Shown here one piece after another: positions 31,244-46,600 of a DNA stretch of 64,000 nucleotides (positions within the stretch are counted from its first letter, which is position 1; each line of letters opens with the position of its first letter). Made by a program: the position numbers and the translations under genes. This DNA comes from Trichoplax adhaerens. Lineage: Eukaryota; Animalia; Placozoa. The notes under the pieces were generated by a model, which made no database searches, was not told the DNA's origin, and saw only the letters and a list, made by a program, of their open reading frames with translations. Where the stretch lies: contig NW_002060945.1 in the NCBI RefSeq assembly GCF_000150275.1, positions 4,699,397 to 4,763,396 on the forward strand, given 5' to 3'.

Positions 31244-31372
31244 TGAGTCAATGACTCGATAATATTGTAGATAATGAAATATTTAAAATTATTTAAAATG
31301 ACGCAATTGACCAAAATCTGACTTTAAGAAATCTCACTCTGTAAGTATGCGATCAGTCAAGGTCATTGACCT
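31244..31372. promoter_or_regulatory. Candidate distal cis-regulatory motif cluster (AP-1, C/EBP-CRE hybrid, ERRE/IR1)
   Basis: TGAGTCA 31244-31250; ATGACGCAAT 31298-31307; TCAAGGTCA 31357-31365 overlapping perfect IR1 AGGTCA-t-TGACCT 31360-31372. Motif match only. Confidence 0.3.
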
Positions 31373-33588
31373 GATGTGACTGTAAAATATATAGTTGAGG
31401 CCAGAATAGTACTGTAATTAAAGAATAATAGTAAAATTCGTCAGCTAAAAATATTAATAAGTCTTATCTTTTTTATGAACTGTGTGCTATGTAATTGCTA
31501 TAAGAATTTAACCAAATCTGAATAGTCTTACTAAGCATCTGTACTGGATAATTTGCGCTAGATCAGGATAGGACTTCAGATCTTCAGGTCTACAAGATTT
31601 CAATATATGTGCCAGTGTTTTAGACACATAGTTGCATACCTGGGGTAATTATTTATATTTAATGCACAGCTAGGTGTGCGAGTTGGACTAGTTGATTAAT
31701 AAATTATGAGATTTATGCTCTCCGATACTGACAGTATTATAACAATCGATAATGACACACTAACGCTTATCTAATGATCTAGTACCAAACTAGTAAAACG
31801 TTGTCTCATGAGGTCATAAGGATAATTACGGTCGCATTCATAAACGTTTATCTACGGTAACAGTAATGCATATCATAGAGCAATTACATTCCAGATGATG
31901 ACTTATAATTTGTATCGGTCCATCAATTTGAAAGATATCGCCGATTACCCATCTTAATACAAAAATCCTTGCTCTTTAATAATATAGTTTATTGGAAATG
32001 ATCAGATTTTAATTTTACAGGATTGTTCTAATTATTTAATAACAAGCTAATATTTCTCTGAACGAAATCAACATACTAACATACACGAAATACCTGACTG
32101 AGCCTCCACATTTCTAGATGTTTACCTGGTATTAAATCAGGAGAATCTACTAATTGGGGAAGATCTAATTGACAATTTTGCTCATAAACTCTTTATCGCG
32201 TCCAATTCATACTATGGAGCGATGGAGTCAAAATTGTGATGTCGCGTCACTGTAGTAATTCAATATTATATTAAGTATTACATTATTAATGATCAAAAGA
32301 CAAGCCAACTAAAACAAAAATGATCGAATTAAGTGTGGTACAATAATTTAATACCATAAAATTTGTTAGATATGATCCAATGAAAATAATTTACTTGTTC
32401 GATACAATATTCTACGATGATGGATTAGTGTAACTACAGTAGTATTTAGATCTAGCATGTCACCAGTATCATCTACTTACATCAACAATCACCACTGCGA
32501 AGTATTAATATATTAAAAATGAAAAATCTGGGGAAATAATTGATTTTAAATCGGATAATTTATACATAATGAGAGATTAAGAGATAATAAAGCGAAAAAC
32601 TGCAATAGACGCAAAAACGAAAATTTAGTCCACTTTTAAGTACAATACATGATTTCGGCGCTATAAATACTCAGCTACTACGCATAATAACTAGGATCGA
32701 CGACATAGTTGTATATAAGGGCGGATATAGAGGATATGATGTTTATACATTGTTATAAGGTAAGAAATTATTAAAAGTTATTCCTTAATCATTACATGTA
32801 GATTAAGAGCTTTCAACATAGAAGAATTAATGTGCAAATTAAATTCCTTTATAGTCGATGAAATCTAGTTGTTTAATATCCGTATACGTTATAAGGAATA
32901 ATACTTTTCAATTATCAACTACTAAAATCGGATACTAACAGGGTGATAGGATGACATATCATTATTCGTAAATTTTACTCCGGATTTTTTCACCCTTATT
33001 TGAAACTGTAAGACACTAACAAAATCAAATTTACGTTGGATACATCTAATCGAAGAGTAGATGTGTAAAGATATATAATTTTAAATAGTTCATAATGACT
33101 ATGAAGCTATATTAGTTACCAATAAAGTTAGCAATTTTAGTAATCATAACATGTAATTTTATATTTTGTCATTTGGTCTATATTTGTAATCAAAAGTTGT
33201 AGCTAACGAGTAATAATTAATAATTGATAGACGGAACGAAAAAATGCGGTTGTTATCATTATTGGTAGCGTAATAGCAACAGCATTTACAAATACCTTTG
33301 ATGTAGAATCAACTGCCATAAACAATACATGAAATGTTCGAATTATAGTAATAAAAATTTTTAATCCATTTGTATTGTAAACGTAATATTGTTAGCTTGA
33401 TATCTTAATATAGTTAATGAAGGATTAACATGCTATCCTAATAGTGTTACTGGTTAAAAGTTGATGAATATTTTAAAAATTTGTTATGCTAGCTGCTGCA
33501 AATTATATCTCTTTGAAATTATTTTAATTGATTCATGAAGAATTCTTACACAGGTAGCAATTATTTCGAAGAAAATTATTCGTATCTT

Positions 33589-34611
33589 TTACACCCAACG
33601 AACTTTACCATGTGAAGCATAACGAGAGTTCGTCACACTTCCTGAAGGAAGAGGCTGGATACGATCAGCTCTTCGATAACCAATACACTTTAAGAACCCT
33701 TTTCTTGTATCATAATGGAAGTAACCATACAAGACTGGATTAACCATTGGATAGCAGAAGGCAATATAGCGAAGTGTTACAAATGTCGTAAATAACTCTT
33801 TTCGTGGTTGTAAAAACATGGAGAAGAAAAAAGAGACGTACGGTAACCATGTAACAACAAATACTCCAACGATAATTGATAGATAACGTGCAGCTTTAAT
33901 ATTCATAACAATTGATTGTTTATTTTTACCAGCATCCTGATCTAAATCGAGCTTTAGTTGTTTATTAGCAACGATAAAGATATTACCATAAGCCAATACC
34001 ATACATGCTATAGGGATGAAAAACAAGATTGAAAATACAGCAATTAAATAGTTCTTTTCAGAAGTCAAATCTTGCCTATTAAGAACATGACATGTCTTAT
34101 AATTAAGTTGTCGAAATGTCATTTGGGGTAATAAAGCAACAATTAAAGGCAATATCCAAACAGTGACGATAGCGATCGATATACTTAATGTCGAAGCCCA
34201 TCTTATATACTCAAATGGATAAATAATTGCAATATATTTATCTATACTAATCAGACATAAATGTAAATTGATTATAATTGTTAAAAAGATACCAATTTGG
34301 GGTGACAGCGAGCAAAATAACCAATCCGTACGTATAAAATTAATTAAGCTCCAGCGTGGTAAGAGATAGAAAGCACCCCACAGTATACCGACAGCCGACA
34401 TACTTGCCATAAAGCTATTGGTTGCTTTTTTAAGATCATTGGTAAAGAAGATTAAGCCCAATAATATCGAATTAGTAATGATTGTCGGAATGGCAATCAC
34501 CATCCATACTATTTGCTCCGAACCAAATAAAGGCGGAGTTGAAATTGTTGAATTATCAAATACAGTTGTTACCAGTGTGCTAGTAATTTTATCATAAGAA
34601 GAATTATCCAT
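33589..34611 (-). CDS. Single-coding-exon class A orphan GPCR, 340 aa, paralog 2
   Basis: 7TM; HLCLISIDKYIAIIYPF, FFIP...Y, FVVTWLPY, VNPVLY; clearly paralogous to the ORFs at 22.7 kb and 55 kb. Confidence 0.94.
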   Translation of the reverse strand: MDNSSYDKITSTLVTTVFDNSTISTPPLFGSEQIVWMVIAIPTIITNSILLGLIFFTNDLKKATNSFMASMSAVGILWGAFYLLPRWSLINFIRTDWLFCSLSPQIGIFLTIIINLHLCLISIDKYIAIIYPFEYIRWASTLSISIAIVTVWILPLIVALLPQMTFRQLNYKTCHVLNRQDLTSEKNYLIAVFSILFFIPIACMVLAYGNIFIVANKQLKLDLDQDAGKNKQSIVMNIKAARYLSIIVGVFVVTWLPYVSFFFSMFLQPRKELFTTFVTLRYIAFCYPMVNPVLYGYFHYDTRKGFLKCIGYRRADRIQPLPSGSVTNSRYASHGKVRWV

Positions 34612-37600
34612 TTTTATTCAGAAGATGGAGAAAACTTTAAATATATGTCAATAAAAATTAGACAGGGGAGCTATAAATGCTATGATGAAGCTGCAATTTA
34701 TCATACAGATGATAAAATTAGATGTAAAATATTGGATAATGCCAATAACAGTGGTTTCAATGGTTTTATCAGTTTTAGAATCTGGTCAAATTGAGAATTG
34801 TTGGATTGTATTGATGGTTGATTGATTAGTTGCCCTAGTAGAAAAAAATTTATATATATAGTTTAATTCAGTGTAAACAAAGCTCTTCACAATAACTTTG
34901 TATAATAATAGTTTTACTGTCTTCTATACTATCTATTACGTCACGATGTAGGACATGTAAGTGGATTCATTTCGCTTAAACTGATTTTTCTAAAAGGAAA
35001 TGATATCGCTACCAGTTATTAATCATTAATTAGATCAATAAGTAACAATGGATAGGGAAACTTCTCATAATAAAATGGAATGATCACAATTTTTCATTTG
35101 TGGTATATGAACATGTAATTTCAATATCAACTATAGATAGTTTTTGTTTCACTTTTAGTATTTTAATTAATACTTTCGAGAACAAATCAAATCCTAACGG
35201 GTAAAACCTCGATAGTTGTTTGTTCTGAAGATGCATCGAGGGAATGCATACACAATCTCACAGTTAAAATTTAAGTTAACAATTTGATTAATTTTAATTA
35301 TTTTTATTAATAATAATTTTATTTTCTGGCATGAAATAAAATTGTAATAATTGATGTACAGCCAACCGTGAACACATATTAACCGGATAATAATAGTAAT
35401 TATACTTAATTCACACATAAGTCTTTTTAAATAGAAGATAAATATCGCCAGTGCTATATGTTATAAGAATGCCCCCTAGTTATATTTCACGTGAGTCAAT
35501 TATAACTGTCCTTTTTCTCATTTTTCTCTCTGTTAAAACTAATAAAAGTTGGCGCAAATATTCATTTTACATTATGAATTGATGATAACTGCATTTAAAA
35601 CGATAATAAAAATAAGAAAATATATTAGTATATGCTCATATATAGAACAGCGGTATTTTAATTAGACTATCTAGTAGGTTTAATAAATCTGAATTAAAGT
35701 AATCTACTGGTATTTTTTTCCCTATACTTATGATATGTTTCAGGAAAATTTAAAATATTGACTCTAAAATAAAGTACCTTATATGCAGGCATGATTTGTT
35801 AGTATAAAGGTACCGGTACCGTATAAAATGTTCTCTGTACATTTCCTGCATTTCCTGTTTCATGTTTACTTTACTATTTTTACAGCTAAAATAAAGTTAT
35901 GAAGGTGCCCTTTCATATTTTTGAATAAATCAAAGCAGTTGTGAAGGATTAATTTTTTATATCCTTATCATGTAGTAAATTCAAATTTATGTTATTTTAT
36001 CTAAGATCTTATTTAGTTATAATCATACTATACAGTATAACATATGATCTGTCATAATGTTATGATCGCCAAAATAAAATTGACAACTAGTAAGTTTTAT
36101 ATTTGCGACTTTTTAATTTACTTTATTAGGCAGGTATCGATTAAAATCCTTTTTATAATTTCAACGTTTTACAAATTAATAAGTATAATTTCTAGCAAAA
36201 TTTTTAAAAAGTGTGTCTAGCTGTTAAATGATTTAAAAATAGCTACCGTTTATGAATCTGCCTACAGGTAAATCGATATAACCGTGTCAGGCTGTATTCG
36301 CACAATGAAAATAAAATTAAATGCTTAAATGGCTTGCATTGCTGATAAAATAAATATTATTGCTTATCGTTATCGACGTGAATAAAAATTCGTTATTCTC
36401 GACAGCATCTGGTTATTGATTGTATTAATTATAACAATAGATGAGAATTGGCTTCGCCGTAATTATTCTCCAATAACTATGGAACAGTAAGGAGATCGGT
36501 TTGCAAATATGCAACTCTACAATTACCTATTGAAATAAATGCAGAGTGACTATTGTTGATTATTAAATAATACATGTCATCTTAGTCTGCCACCTTCCTA
36601 TAGAAAAGGCTTCATTAAACCTGATTAATGTTAATTATTGATCTAACTATAATAACAATATAGAATAAACTTTATCTTAATTACATTACCGCGTGATGAA
36701 TGCCTATGAAATCACATCATAACTCGAGTAAAATCAGCTTGATGAGTATATCGATTACTAGCTTGAGAAAATAATAGTAGGATATAAAACTAGTTAGCTG
36801 TATCTACACGACTCAAGACAAAAACATTCCTTTTGTTACTACGATGAAGCAAAAATAATCTGCTCGAGTAAGTTTCAATTTTATGAAGGTATGGTTTTAA
36901 TGGTAATAAAAAAATATGATCTTATCACGAATCTTCATAATTTAAAAGCACAATTTTTCTTGAATGGATGACTTAGGCTCATGAAATCATAACAGCTACA
37001 CGTAATTATTGTTTCTTAAATATTTCTTCAATCTTATTTTCCACTAACAATGATTTCAAACGGAATAACCACATCTTTATACCGATGAATATCGTCTTAA
37101 AAGCAACTATGCATTGATGCCTTTTATTTTTGTTGATGAACGGATACTAATATCTAATTCTTAAAATATTATCATAACAGTATCTATGGAAACAAAATAT
37201 ACAAGGCGTTATATTCTTTGGGATACTGCTTAATGAAAGGAAAACTATTATAAAATAAATAGCTAAAAGGAATTACTAAGAAATTTTTACAGGATAACTA
37301 ATTTCGTATTTTAAAATCATAATCTTAGCAGAAATAACAAAACCTACATTCATCTTTTAGATATATCTGTGTAACATTTTAAGTGGCCGATAACAATTTC
37401 AATTTACTATGAACAAATAGATTTGAATCTCACGATCTATAGCAATAGCAAGACAGTTTTTACTTACGTACTATTTGATATTGCAATTAATATAGTAGAA
37501 ATGACGAGTTTAATTACACTAACATGTTAGTCTACTATTTTCAAGTAATAGTACATGTGTAATAATCTCTTATAATATTTAAGTTTTAAAGAAAATGTTG

Positions 37601-40600
37601 ACTATATACAGTACTGCGTATCGATAATAAGACTAGAAAATAATAAAAATAGGAGTGGTGCCCCAAGTAAATTTTTCACTTTGGAATTATATCACCAATT
37701 ACATTGGTGATTGAGTAATAAAACCAAAATCTGCCATAACATTCTATAGGTTTGTTAAACTAAATTCAGGGAAAAAGAAAGTAATGATAATAAAATTTAT
37801 AATTTATAAAATTGTTCCAACATTCTACTAAATCAGTGACCTATATTATACTAACTTTCATTAACTTTCTTAAACCACAATTTTAACTCTCGATAGCTCT
37901 AGTCTTAACTCTTAATTTCAATTATTTACAACATCTAAATGTACATGTTAACATAATTCTATTCCCATGAAATAGTGTGCTAATTATTGATGGAAATAGA
38001 TATCTGACTATCGGAAGCAGTAAGAAAATGGTAGCTCTTTGTAGTAAAAAATGGATTAGCCACAAAGAGTGAACTGCTTCCTTGTTCTGCTAATTCAATC
38101 GCTTATTGTAAAGCAATTTTTTAATCTTGACTAACATTTTAGAATTTTTAGCTGTGATAATGAGTTGGGTTAAGGTATCCCTGCCGAAATCGACAGCTAG
38201 AGTGATCGGTCAATTGACAAAATTATTCAGATTTTTGCTTACAATGGCAATTGCTGATTTATCACGTACAGACATCATGGAATACAATGGATAATATATT
38301 ACCCGCAAATCACAAAAATTAAAAGATACAAATGGCTTTTTATTCTGTAAAATTGATAGGATTACCCCTCAGTTTCTAAAGAAGATTAAACATTAACGTA
38401 CAATAAATACTTCATAAAATGGAGCGATTGGATGACAGTTGCATTTCAACTAGTCAATCAAGAACAAAGTGGATCATCCTTTGCAACTAATCAAAGTCTA
38501 TACATTTGTCATTTTAAAATGTTACCATAGTTAATCTACTCCAAAATAGGCTCCAACAGCATTAATCTATGCGTAGAATAACCTAATTAGTGTATTACCG
38601 TAATTATGACGTTAGCAAAATAAATCTGAACTTTTCTAAGGCCTACAAACCTTCTGTAAACTAACGTTTCACAAATGACCAAATTTGAATTAAAATTGAT
38701 ATGGCTCAAAACAGGGTTTTTACACGGTAATAACTTTAACTTCCCCAAATTTTCTAATTATTGCATCAATTGTCTATTACATTCATCAGATCTTAATTTA
38801 AATATTAAATACACAATTCACAATTATTAAAAAACTTTATTTGCTTTCACTAGATGAAACGTAAAAATAACTTAGTGACAGTTTCTTGAGCATGTCGAGA
38901 TACCCTATAAGTCTTAGTTGGTGCATATTAGTGAACTACTGTATGTAGTTGTTATTTGCGTGAGTACAGAAAAGAAGTTTAAAGTTTTAGCGTACATTAA
39001 GTAAAATCTTTAGAAAGTTATTTTTTTATTTGTGACATACTGAGATATTGTACTCTGAAAGCATTATTACAATAAGGCTTATATTAATAACTGACGAAAT
39101 TATAGCTCCTAAATTTTATTACTTGGAGCAATGAACGATATCGAAGCTATTTCAATCACTTTTCTTAAATTCTAAAATAGACCAACAGGATATAAGTAAT
39201 ACAGGTTATTTATCATTACCGAGCTGATAATACTAACTTGACCATGTGATAAAGGCATTTTTTAATTCAATTTACATTTTATAATGCTCGCATATAAATA
39301 TCAAATCTTGCTTTGAAATTTTTTAGCTAATATAGTTTATAAACATCGCAGTAGCGGAAAACAGCTACATAATTTAGTGAAGGTCTTTTACAGATTAGGT
39401 TTGATGATATAAAAATGTGAGTTAAAGCGTACAAGATTTAACTTTTTTAATCATATAGTGCTAAAAAAATGATCCGGTAAAAAATTAAATCACGGGAGTG
39501 AAGTATGAAAGTGGTATTTTAAATTTACCAGATTGGATAAGTGACATCATAGGTGATTCTGAATTAAGATCGTATCTGAGTAACATTGTTATATCAGAGC
39601 ATGAATGAAGATCTCAAAATACTCACTATTGGCTGCAATTATAATAGTATGCTGTAAATTACCAGGTATTGTCATCATTATTATTTTTGCAGTATACGTA
39701 AGCAACTGTTAACGTACTTTCTTTATTTACAAATAGAAAACTGAAGCCCCTTCACAGTTCTTATACTATTACAAAGACCAATAATGGCTATTTTAGCTTT
39801 AAGAGGTGAGAATAATGATACTCACACTTATAGTCCAGGTTTGGGTCTAATACATATATCAAGATACAGGGTATCCGACGTAATACAGAGCCCCGATAAG
39901 ATATAGAAAATAATGCACCTGTTCATTAACTCCAAAATTAAAATCGCAATGTTTCATTTAACAAAGATTTTCACCTGCTTTCATTTAACATCTTTATAAT
40001 TTCCGTATAAATTAAAAAAATTTGTGCGTATCACTTTCTTCCGTATTACTTACACTAAACTTAGGCTGAATTTTGATTACTCAATAATTATAAGAAATTT
40101 TTTCATATCAATACGCGTATTTATGTCAGTGATCAAGAGGCAAGGTTATTATTATTGAATTTTTATATCTTTTCAGCTAAAATCATAGCGCTTACTTTAA
40201 GATATCTAAGAAAAATACAGTATATAAATACATGAATCAAGAATATAACATATGTTTGAACTCTTGTTCAGTAGCAGAAGATATGACATACTAGGCATTT
40301 CATTAACTAGGGGAAGCTACGACAATGTTAGTGATATTATCTAATCGTGAAAGAAAGAATAAGTGTACAAAAATCATGTTGCTTTGTAAGTCTAACCTAC
40401 GACTTGAAACTTTTCGATATTGTAAGGAAATTATAACTTTCGAGCCTAAGATACTTCTAAAAATTTTGACGTATGCCCAATCCTTAACTCAGTAATTCCT
40501 ATTATGCCACACCGTATTATGCTTCTTATCCAGTAAGAAATCTCTTTACAAATCAAATAATTTCATTTTCTTTAGGATCTAATGTACTATTTGAGGGTAG

Positions 40601-43600
40601 ATTATAATTGATATACAATTGCCTGTTTATCGTTATCAGATAGAAAAGTTGAAGAAAAATATGATTTCTTCGATAATTTTTTGTATATCATATAAACCGT
40701 ATAATTAACTTCTCCGATAGCCTTATCTGCAATTCAATTGATCTCAGCAGCTTTGAATCTACAATACCGTAGAATTTTTTTAGGATAGTTTGTAATTAGT
40801 AAGTGATTATCACATGCTTGCTGGAAAAGGAACGAGAATTACGAATTTTACGTTCTCATTACACTTAGTTTAAGCCGTTTAATAAAATTATCCAGTAAAA
40901 TCCGTCTACTAATCAAGTGTAATTGATTTTCTTCGGATTCTAGGTACGGTACTGTAAAATTTAATATAAGCCCGATAATAATTGATATGCGCCGTTCATT
41001 TATCCGTATTAAATAAAATTGAAGGAAATCACGAATTTCTCTTGAACCTCTCTGTGTCTCATACGATACAACTATTTTTTTATTTAATTACCCTATATCA
41101 TTTTGCGATGAAATCGTAGAATGATGCTGCTATCCTACAGAACTAGCAACTCATCTAAAGTGCCTAAAATTTAAATTGATAAGATTTCCAATGTTAGCAT
41201 TAGTCATTATTTGTCGTAGCACGTAGTATTCGTAAATTGCTTTATCATCTGATATTTTTAAGGACTGCATTATAGAAAAATTAATAATACACTTCCCAAG
41301 TTGGAGTACAGATAATTTATCGTTTTTTTGGAGTATTTAGTCACATATTTCTAAACATGAACATAGGCGATTTTATCAATTTAAGGGATGCACTTTAGAT
41401 ATGAGTATTATCAAAATTAGCTGCAGTGTATTATATTTTCATAACTTCAGTTACTGATATTTGGTATTATTGAAAATGAGACAGAAATTGATATAAGAAA
41501 TTTAATAGATCTGATTAAGGCATTAATGCATTTAAGCTAACATCGTATCTCTTTCGATTGCAAAGGAATCACTTGAAATTAAATTTAGATTAAAAATTTA
41601 AAGAGAGGATTTTCAGATAAAAACTGAAACTAATACGGTGGCTGTTATTTTTAATAGCGCAAAAGCTAAAGCGGGATTAAATTATTACCTTTAGCTAGCA
41701 TTCTAGTAGATAATTTGGGAAACACTGTTCATAAGCTAGCTATCACTATCTTTAATTACATCTGATAGCTCATAAATTAGAAAATAATACATAGTCAAGA
41801 GGATATTTAAAAGTTGATTACCATGATTAAATATACAGATTATATCTTGAGTTCAATTTCATTGATTGAAGGGCGGTAAGCCATCAAAGAACTCAAATTA
41901 ATTAGTTAGATCAATTTTTTAATTAATGATTCTAACCTCTTCGTTTTCAATGCGTCCTAGTATATCGAGCACCAATGAATCGAAGTTTTATTAATTTACA
42001 GGAAAAAATTTGCCAATAATGTTCTTAGTTATTCAACCGTTGGCGCTTTAGGTTCTACTTTTACTGCGATAAGTTGGCGGAAAGAAAATCGAATTTAGAC
42101 GATTCTTAATGTTGATAACAAAATTAGGAAATGATTAGAGACATCAGCTATCCGAAGTAGTTATGCCATCAAAAGATCTAATTTTTTTAATACAACAATA
42201 CAATTGTATTACAGACAATGTAATTGATCGAATATCTAATTCTTATATATTTATGTACAATTATGTCATTACTTCAATTTCAAACGTGTTGTCAACATGA
42301 GACGTAAAGAAAGGCAAGACGAAGGATTACTAGCTCGAATAAGTGTATAATTATAGAATTGCCTAAATAAGATGACGTGAGATATTCAACAGGAAGGTTA
42401 TGTCAAATTTTATTAATGCTATTTAAATAAATAATAAAAGAAATTTTATCGAACTCAATTATTTGCTTGAAGATGATGAATGGATTTTGTTCCTGAGTCA
42501 AAAGAAATTTATCTAGTTTATAAAAATGTTATTATTATTTTGGAAATAGAAGCCCTTTTCAATTTAATAATTATTGATGATATGACTAACGGAAGGTCAA
42601 ATTTTCTAGCGTTCGATTTGTTATTAAAATTCAATAATCATTATAAAAATAGAGAATAATACAGAGAAGGATAATATTGTCTTTAAAGACAAATCTATTA
42701 ATTTATGAAGAGAAGTTGACTAGTGGTTGTGAAGCAAACAGCATGTCAACAATAATCAAAACGTAGTGACAATATAAATAAACTATCGTACTAATAAAAT
42801 CTTACCTATTTATACCATTTTATGCATGAAAATATGAGATCCTTAAATGTCTCTTATGACTGAAGTCACTATGAAGCAAGAAGTTGATAAATTAAGCAAT
42901 TAAAGCTCAATTTACTGATATTTCTAGATAATCCTTCTATTTCATAAATTTCAATTAGATACATGAGAGTATATTAGTTTCATATCTAAAGCATCTAAGT
43001 ATTTTTTAGAAACAAAATTAAATGAAAAGAAAAAAAGAGATTTTTTAGAAAAATTTTTTAAAAGATGATAACCCTTTCTATTTTAAGATTAAATTATTGA
43101 AAATGGAGCATTCTAATTTATTGATGTTATTACAATAATCTAATATAATATATTCTTTACTTTATTATCCGCTTATACCTCAAGTATTTTTATTTCGTAA
43201 TTACTGAATCATGCAATAATTGATAAAGCAATTATTTTCATTCAATTTTTCAATTATAGTTTTGTGCGCGTACAGTTTTCTATTATTTTACTTATTTCAT
43301 TGTTTCACTCTTAAATACTAAGATCGAATACCTAATAACTACAATTAAGCTACAATATAGTATTAATTTTTAATTGCAATAAATGTAATAGTTAAATTTT
43401 AAAGTCGAATAATCAAAGCAAAATACCATAACTGAGTCTAAATGTAAAATAAAGAACAAGCATACGTTCGTATATTGAGACTATAAAACTCATGTGACAA
43501 ATTAGTACATGTCGTTTATTATGTTAAGATATTAATATCATCTCTCAATGTGTTGAATGATCATAAAAAATAAAATCAAAACATTAATGTGCTATCTGTT

Positions 43601-46600
43601 TACTAGTTTGCGTCATATGAATGCTCTGTTAATGAAAACGTAGGTTTGAATCCAGTTGCTATAGCTAACTAGCGTGAAATAGTAGATTTTATGAAATAAT
43701 TATGCATAGTATATACAGTAAATAATGCCTCATAGCAATTGTAGATACTGCGATTAAATACATAATTATTCTTTAATTTAGTTAGCGTACTGAAACTAGA
43801 TTCTGATCTTATGGTTATAAACATAATTAATTGTCTAAATAAAGATATTTTTATAAACATTTATCGTAGATAAGCTAGTTTAGTCTTCATTTCTAGAAGA
43901 ACACGGCTAGGGTTTTAGTGAACTAAAGATTCCGGACTGCATTCGCATAAAAATTACTACAAAGTTGTGACATTAAATTACGACAGAAAACTTTAGATAG
44001 ATCTGATGAGATCTCCGCTACTATGTCAAAATATCAAAACCAATGTAGTCAACAGAAAATCTCAGACAAAATTCCAATAAAACATCAAAAAGCATACGTT
44101 AAACTTGTGTCTGAACTAATAGATTGTATACACAATATTATATTACATTATAGTATTAGATTATCAGTACTATAAATATTTTAGTTAATATCTCATTTCA
44201 CAATTTATCAAAAATGCGAAATTACAAATATTTAGTAAAGTAAATATTGAGTACAAGAGCCCATTTTGAGTAGAAACAGGTGTACAATGTAATATACCTA
44301 GATTATGCTTTTATCTAAATATTACCCAAGACTGACTCACTTAAGTTATTATTTACATTTGAGGCATTATTGGATAAAAATAAATTAAGAATATACCCGT
44401 ACTTGAACTATAAAATAAATACCTATTCACGTTGTAAGTTGATCAACGCATAATTATAAACTATATCACAGGCATCACGTGTAGCTAATATGTCTGTTTT
44501 TCAAAATGATATGACTTGTGTATCCTATAAGTAAAATGATTGTAAAGGTATAAAGTTAAAAGTTTGTAAAGCAGAAAAGAATGCTTTTTTCTGATATTAA
44601 TATCAAGAATCATATTTTATAAATCTTCAAACAGAAGAAATATAAAATTTCTATATCGTACACATTATGGGAGCATATGAGAATTAATATTTAATTAAAC
44701 ATAATTACTGGTGTTTTGACTATATCGTTGTCATACTAAATGACTCTTAAGGAAAAAACCGGTAACTATGCTTTCTTTTGATTTATAACTCCATGTATGA
44801 AAGGATATTCTACTATCGTGCAACTTACTCAGAATAATATTAAACTATAAAGAGGTATTCAAGTATTACCGTATTATGCATACATGAGTGTCTATGAGTA
44901 ATGCACTAGATTTTAATCGAGATTTACAATTTAATTTAAAAAAATATAACCTTTAACTCATTGATTGTATGATCTACTCTGTTAACTCTTGTGTTCATAC
45001 TAAAGCTCATGGTACCGTATTATATCAATAGAGCGACAAAATGTTTTGTTAGCATACTTGTTATTATTAAATATATTAAAATTTCGATTAGGATTGCTGA
45101 ACTCTTTGATGGTCTCAGCTCCGTTCGCTAGAAATGATAGCATATTAAAACAAACAATTAAGTACCTGATAGCTTTCCATTTAGCACCTTTCTTTAGCTA
45201 TTGCAGAAAAGAGCTGACAATTGTCTATCGTACATTGTTTCGGTTGATAATATTGAATCGATTCCCATTATCTTGTATGCTGAGCTATCGGAATATCATC
45301 ATGATGCTCTAAAATGAGAATTATCTACAATTGAAATCTTCTGTTCCAATTTCTAATTCAGAATTATAAAGTCTTCTAAACAGTAGCTGAAGCTGTCATA
45401 TTTGCTATAATTCTGTTAACTTTTAAACTGCCATTATAATTGAAGTAAGGCACTTATTATTGGGTTATATCAGAGTCTAATTGAAACTGATATGTTCATT
45501 GAAGTCAAAGCGATCATCAATCTAATTGTAAATGAAAAAGTAACTGAAACTAGCTATGAATTCGTGGCATCTTTGTATCTAGTCAAATGTAATAAATTTT
45601 ATAGTAGCATCGAACAAGTGTAGCTTACCAAAACTTTGAATATTTTGCTGCTTTCTATATTTTAAGGGTATACAAGTTCCTAAAAAGGGTTTCATGCACG
45701 AAAATAAATTATTCTCTTGTATTTCTGAGAAATAGAATGCGACATGGTTGTTATCAATTTTTTATTATTTCTTTATGATAAGCGAATGATTTAATTTATA
45801 ATTATTTATTTAATTTTATTCCTATGTAAGAAGTTAAAGAGAACCTCTTTTTGTTAATACTTGAAAGTGGAGGTAGTCGATATTCTATAAAGAACCCCAT
45901 TTAGTTCAAAGATCATACTATAAACTAAAGACTGTCTAATGCGGTACTTAAATAAACTTTATTATTTAGTTAATGTGTAATCAGCACTGATTATGATATT
46001 TATTTTCTAAATCTGAAATTGAATGCAAGAATAATTATTTTAATCAGGTTGCTGATGTTTTTATTGAATGATGTACGATATTTAATTTAGTGCTTTAATC
46101 ATGGTAGGAGGGTAAAAAAATCAGTTATATTGAAAGAGGTTAGTAATACTGAAATGGCAACTTTCAAAATTCAATTTAAGATGGAGAAGCGGAAAATACT
46201 ATTATAGAATATTATTAATTTTATACAAATAGTACCCAAGTTTGTCTCAGTAGTTAATCTAAAGAATTCTTATTTATACTTGTTTACTCAATATTATACA
46301 TGAAATTATGACAATAAGATTCATTACCGCTTTACGTAAAAATTATTATAAAACAGTAATTTAATATGATATCAGGATAGGGACATTGTTTACATTAATT
46401 TCCCTGATATTATGCTAGTAGTAAAATTCCATCAAAATTTATGACTCTAAATCCTAGTATTCGCTAGTAGCGTTATTAATAATAGAGTAAAAAGAAAGAA
46501 AAATATTCGAAAAAATAAAATAGTTATCTGCTTGATTAAAATTTTTAATTAGATTAAACCCTATTCAAAATACTGTCATAAAGATTACAGTTTCATGAAA

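Noticed and set aside
38060-38295. + strand peptide FLLTMAIADL resembling a GPCR TM2 motif (possible pseudogene)
   Set aside because: Flanks are polar with no full TM2/TM3 continuation, it is on the opposite strand, and it is unlike the local paralogs, which lack D2.50; likely chance.
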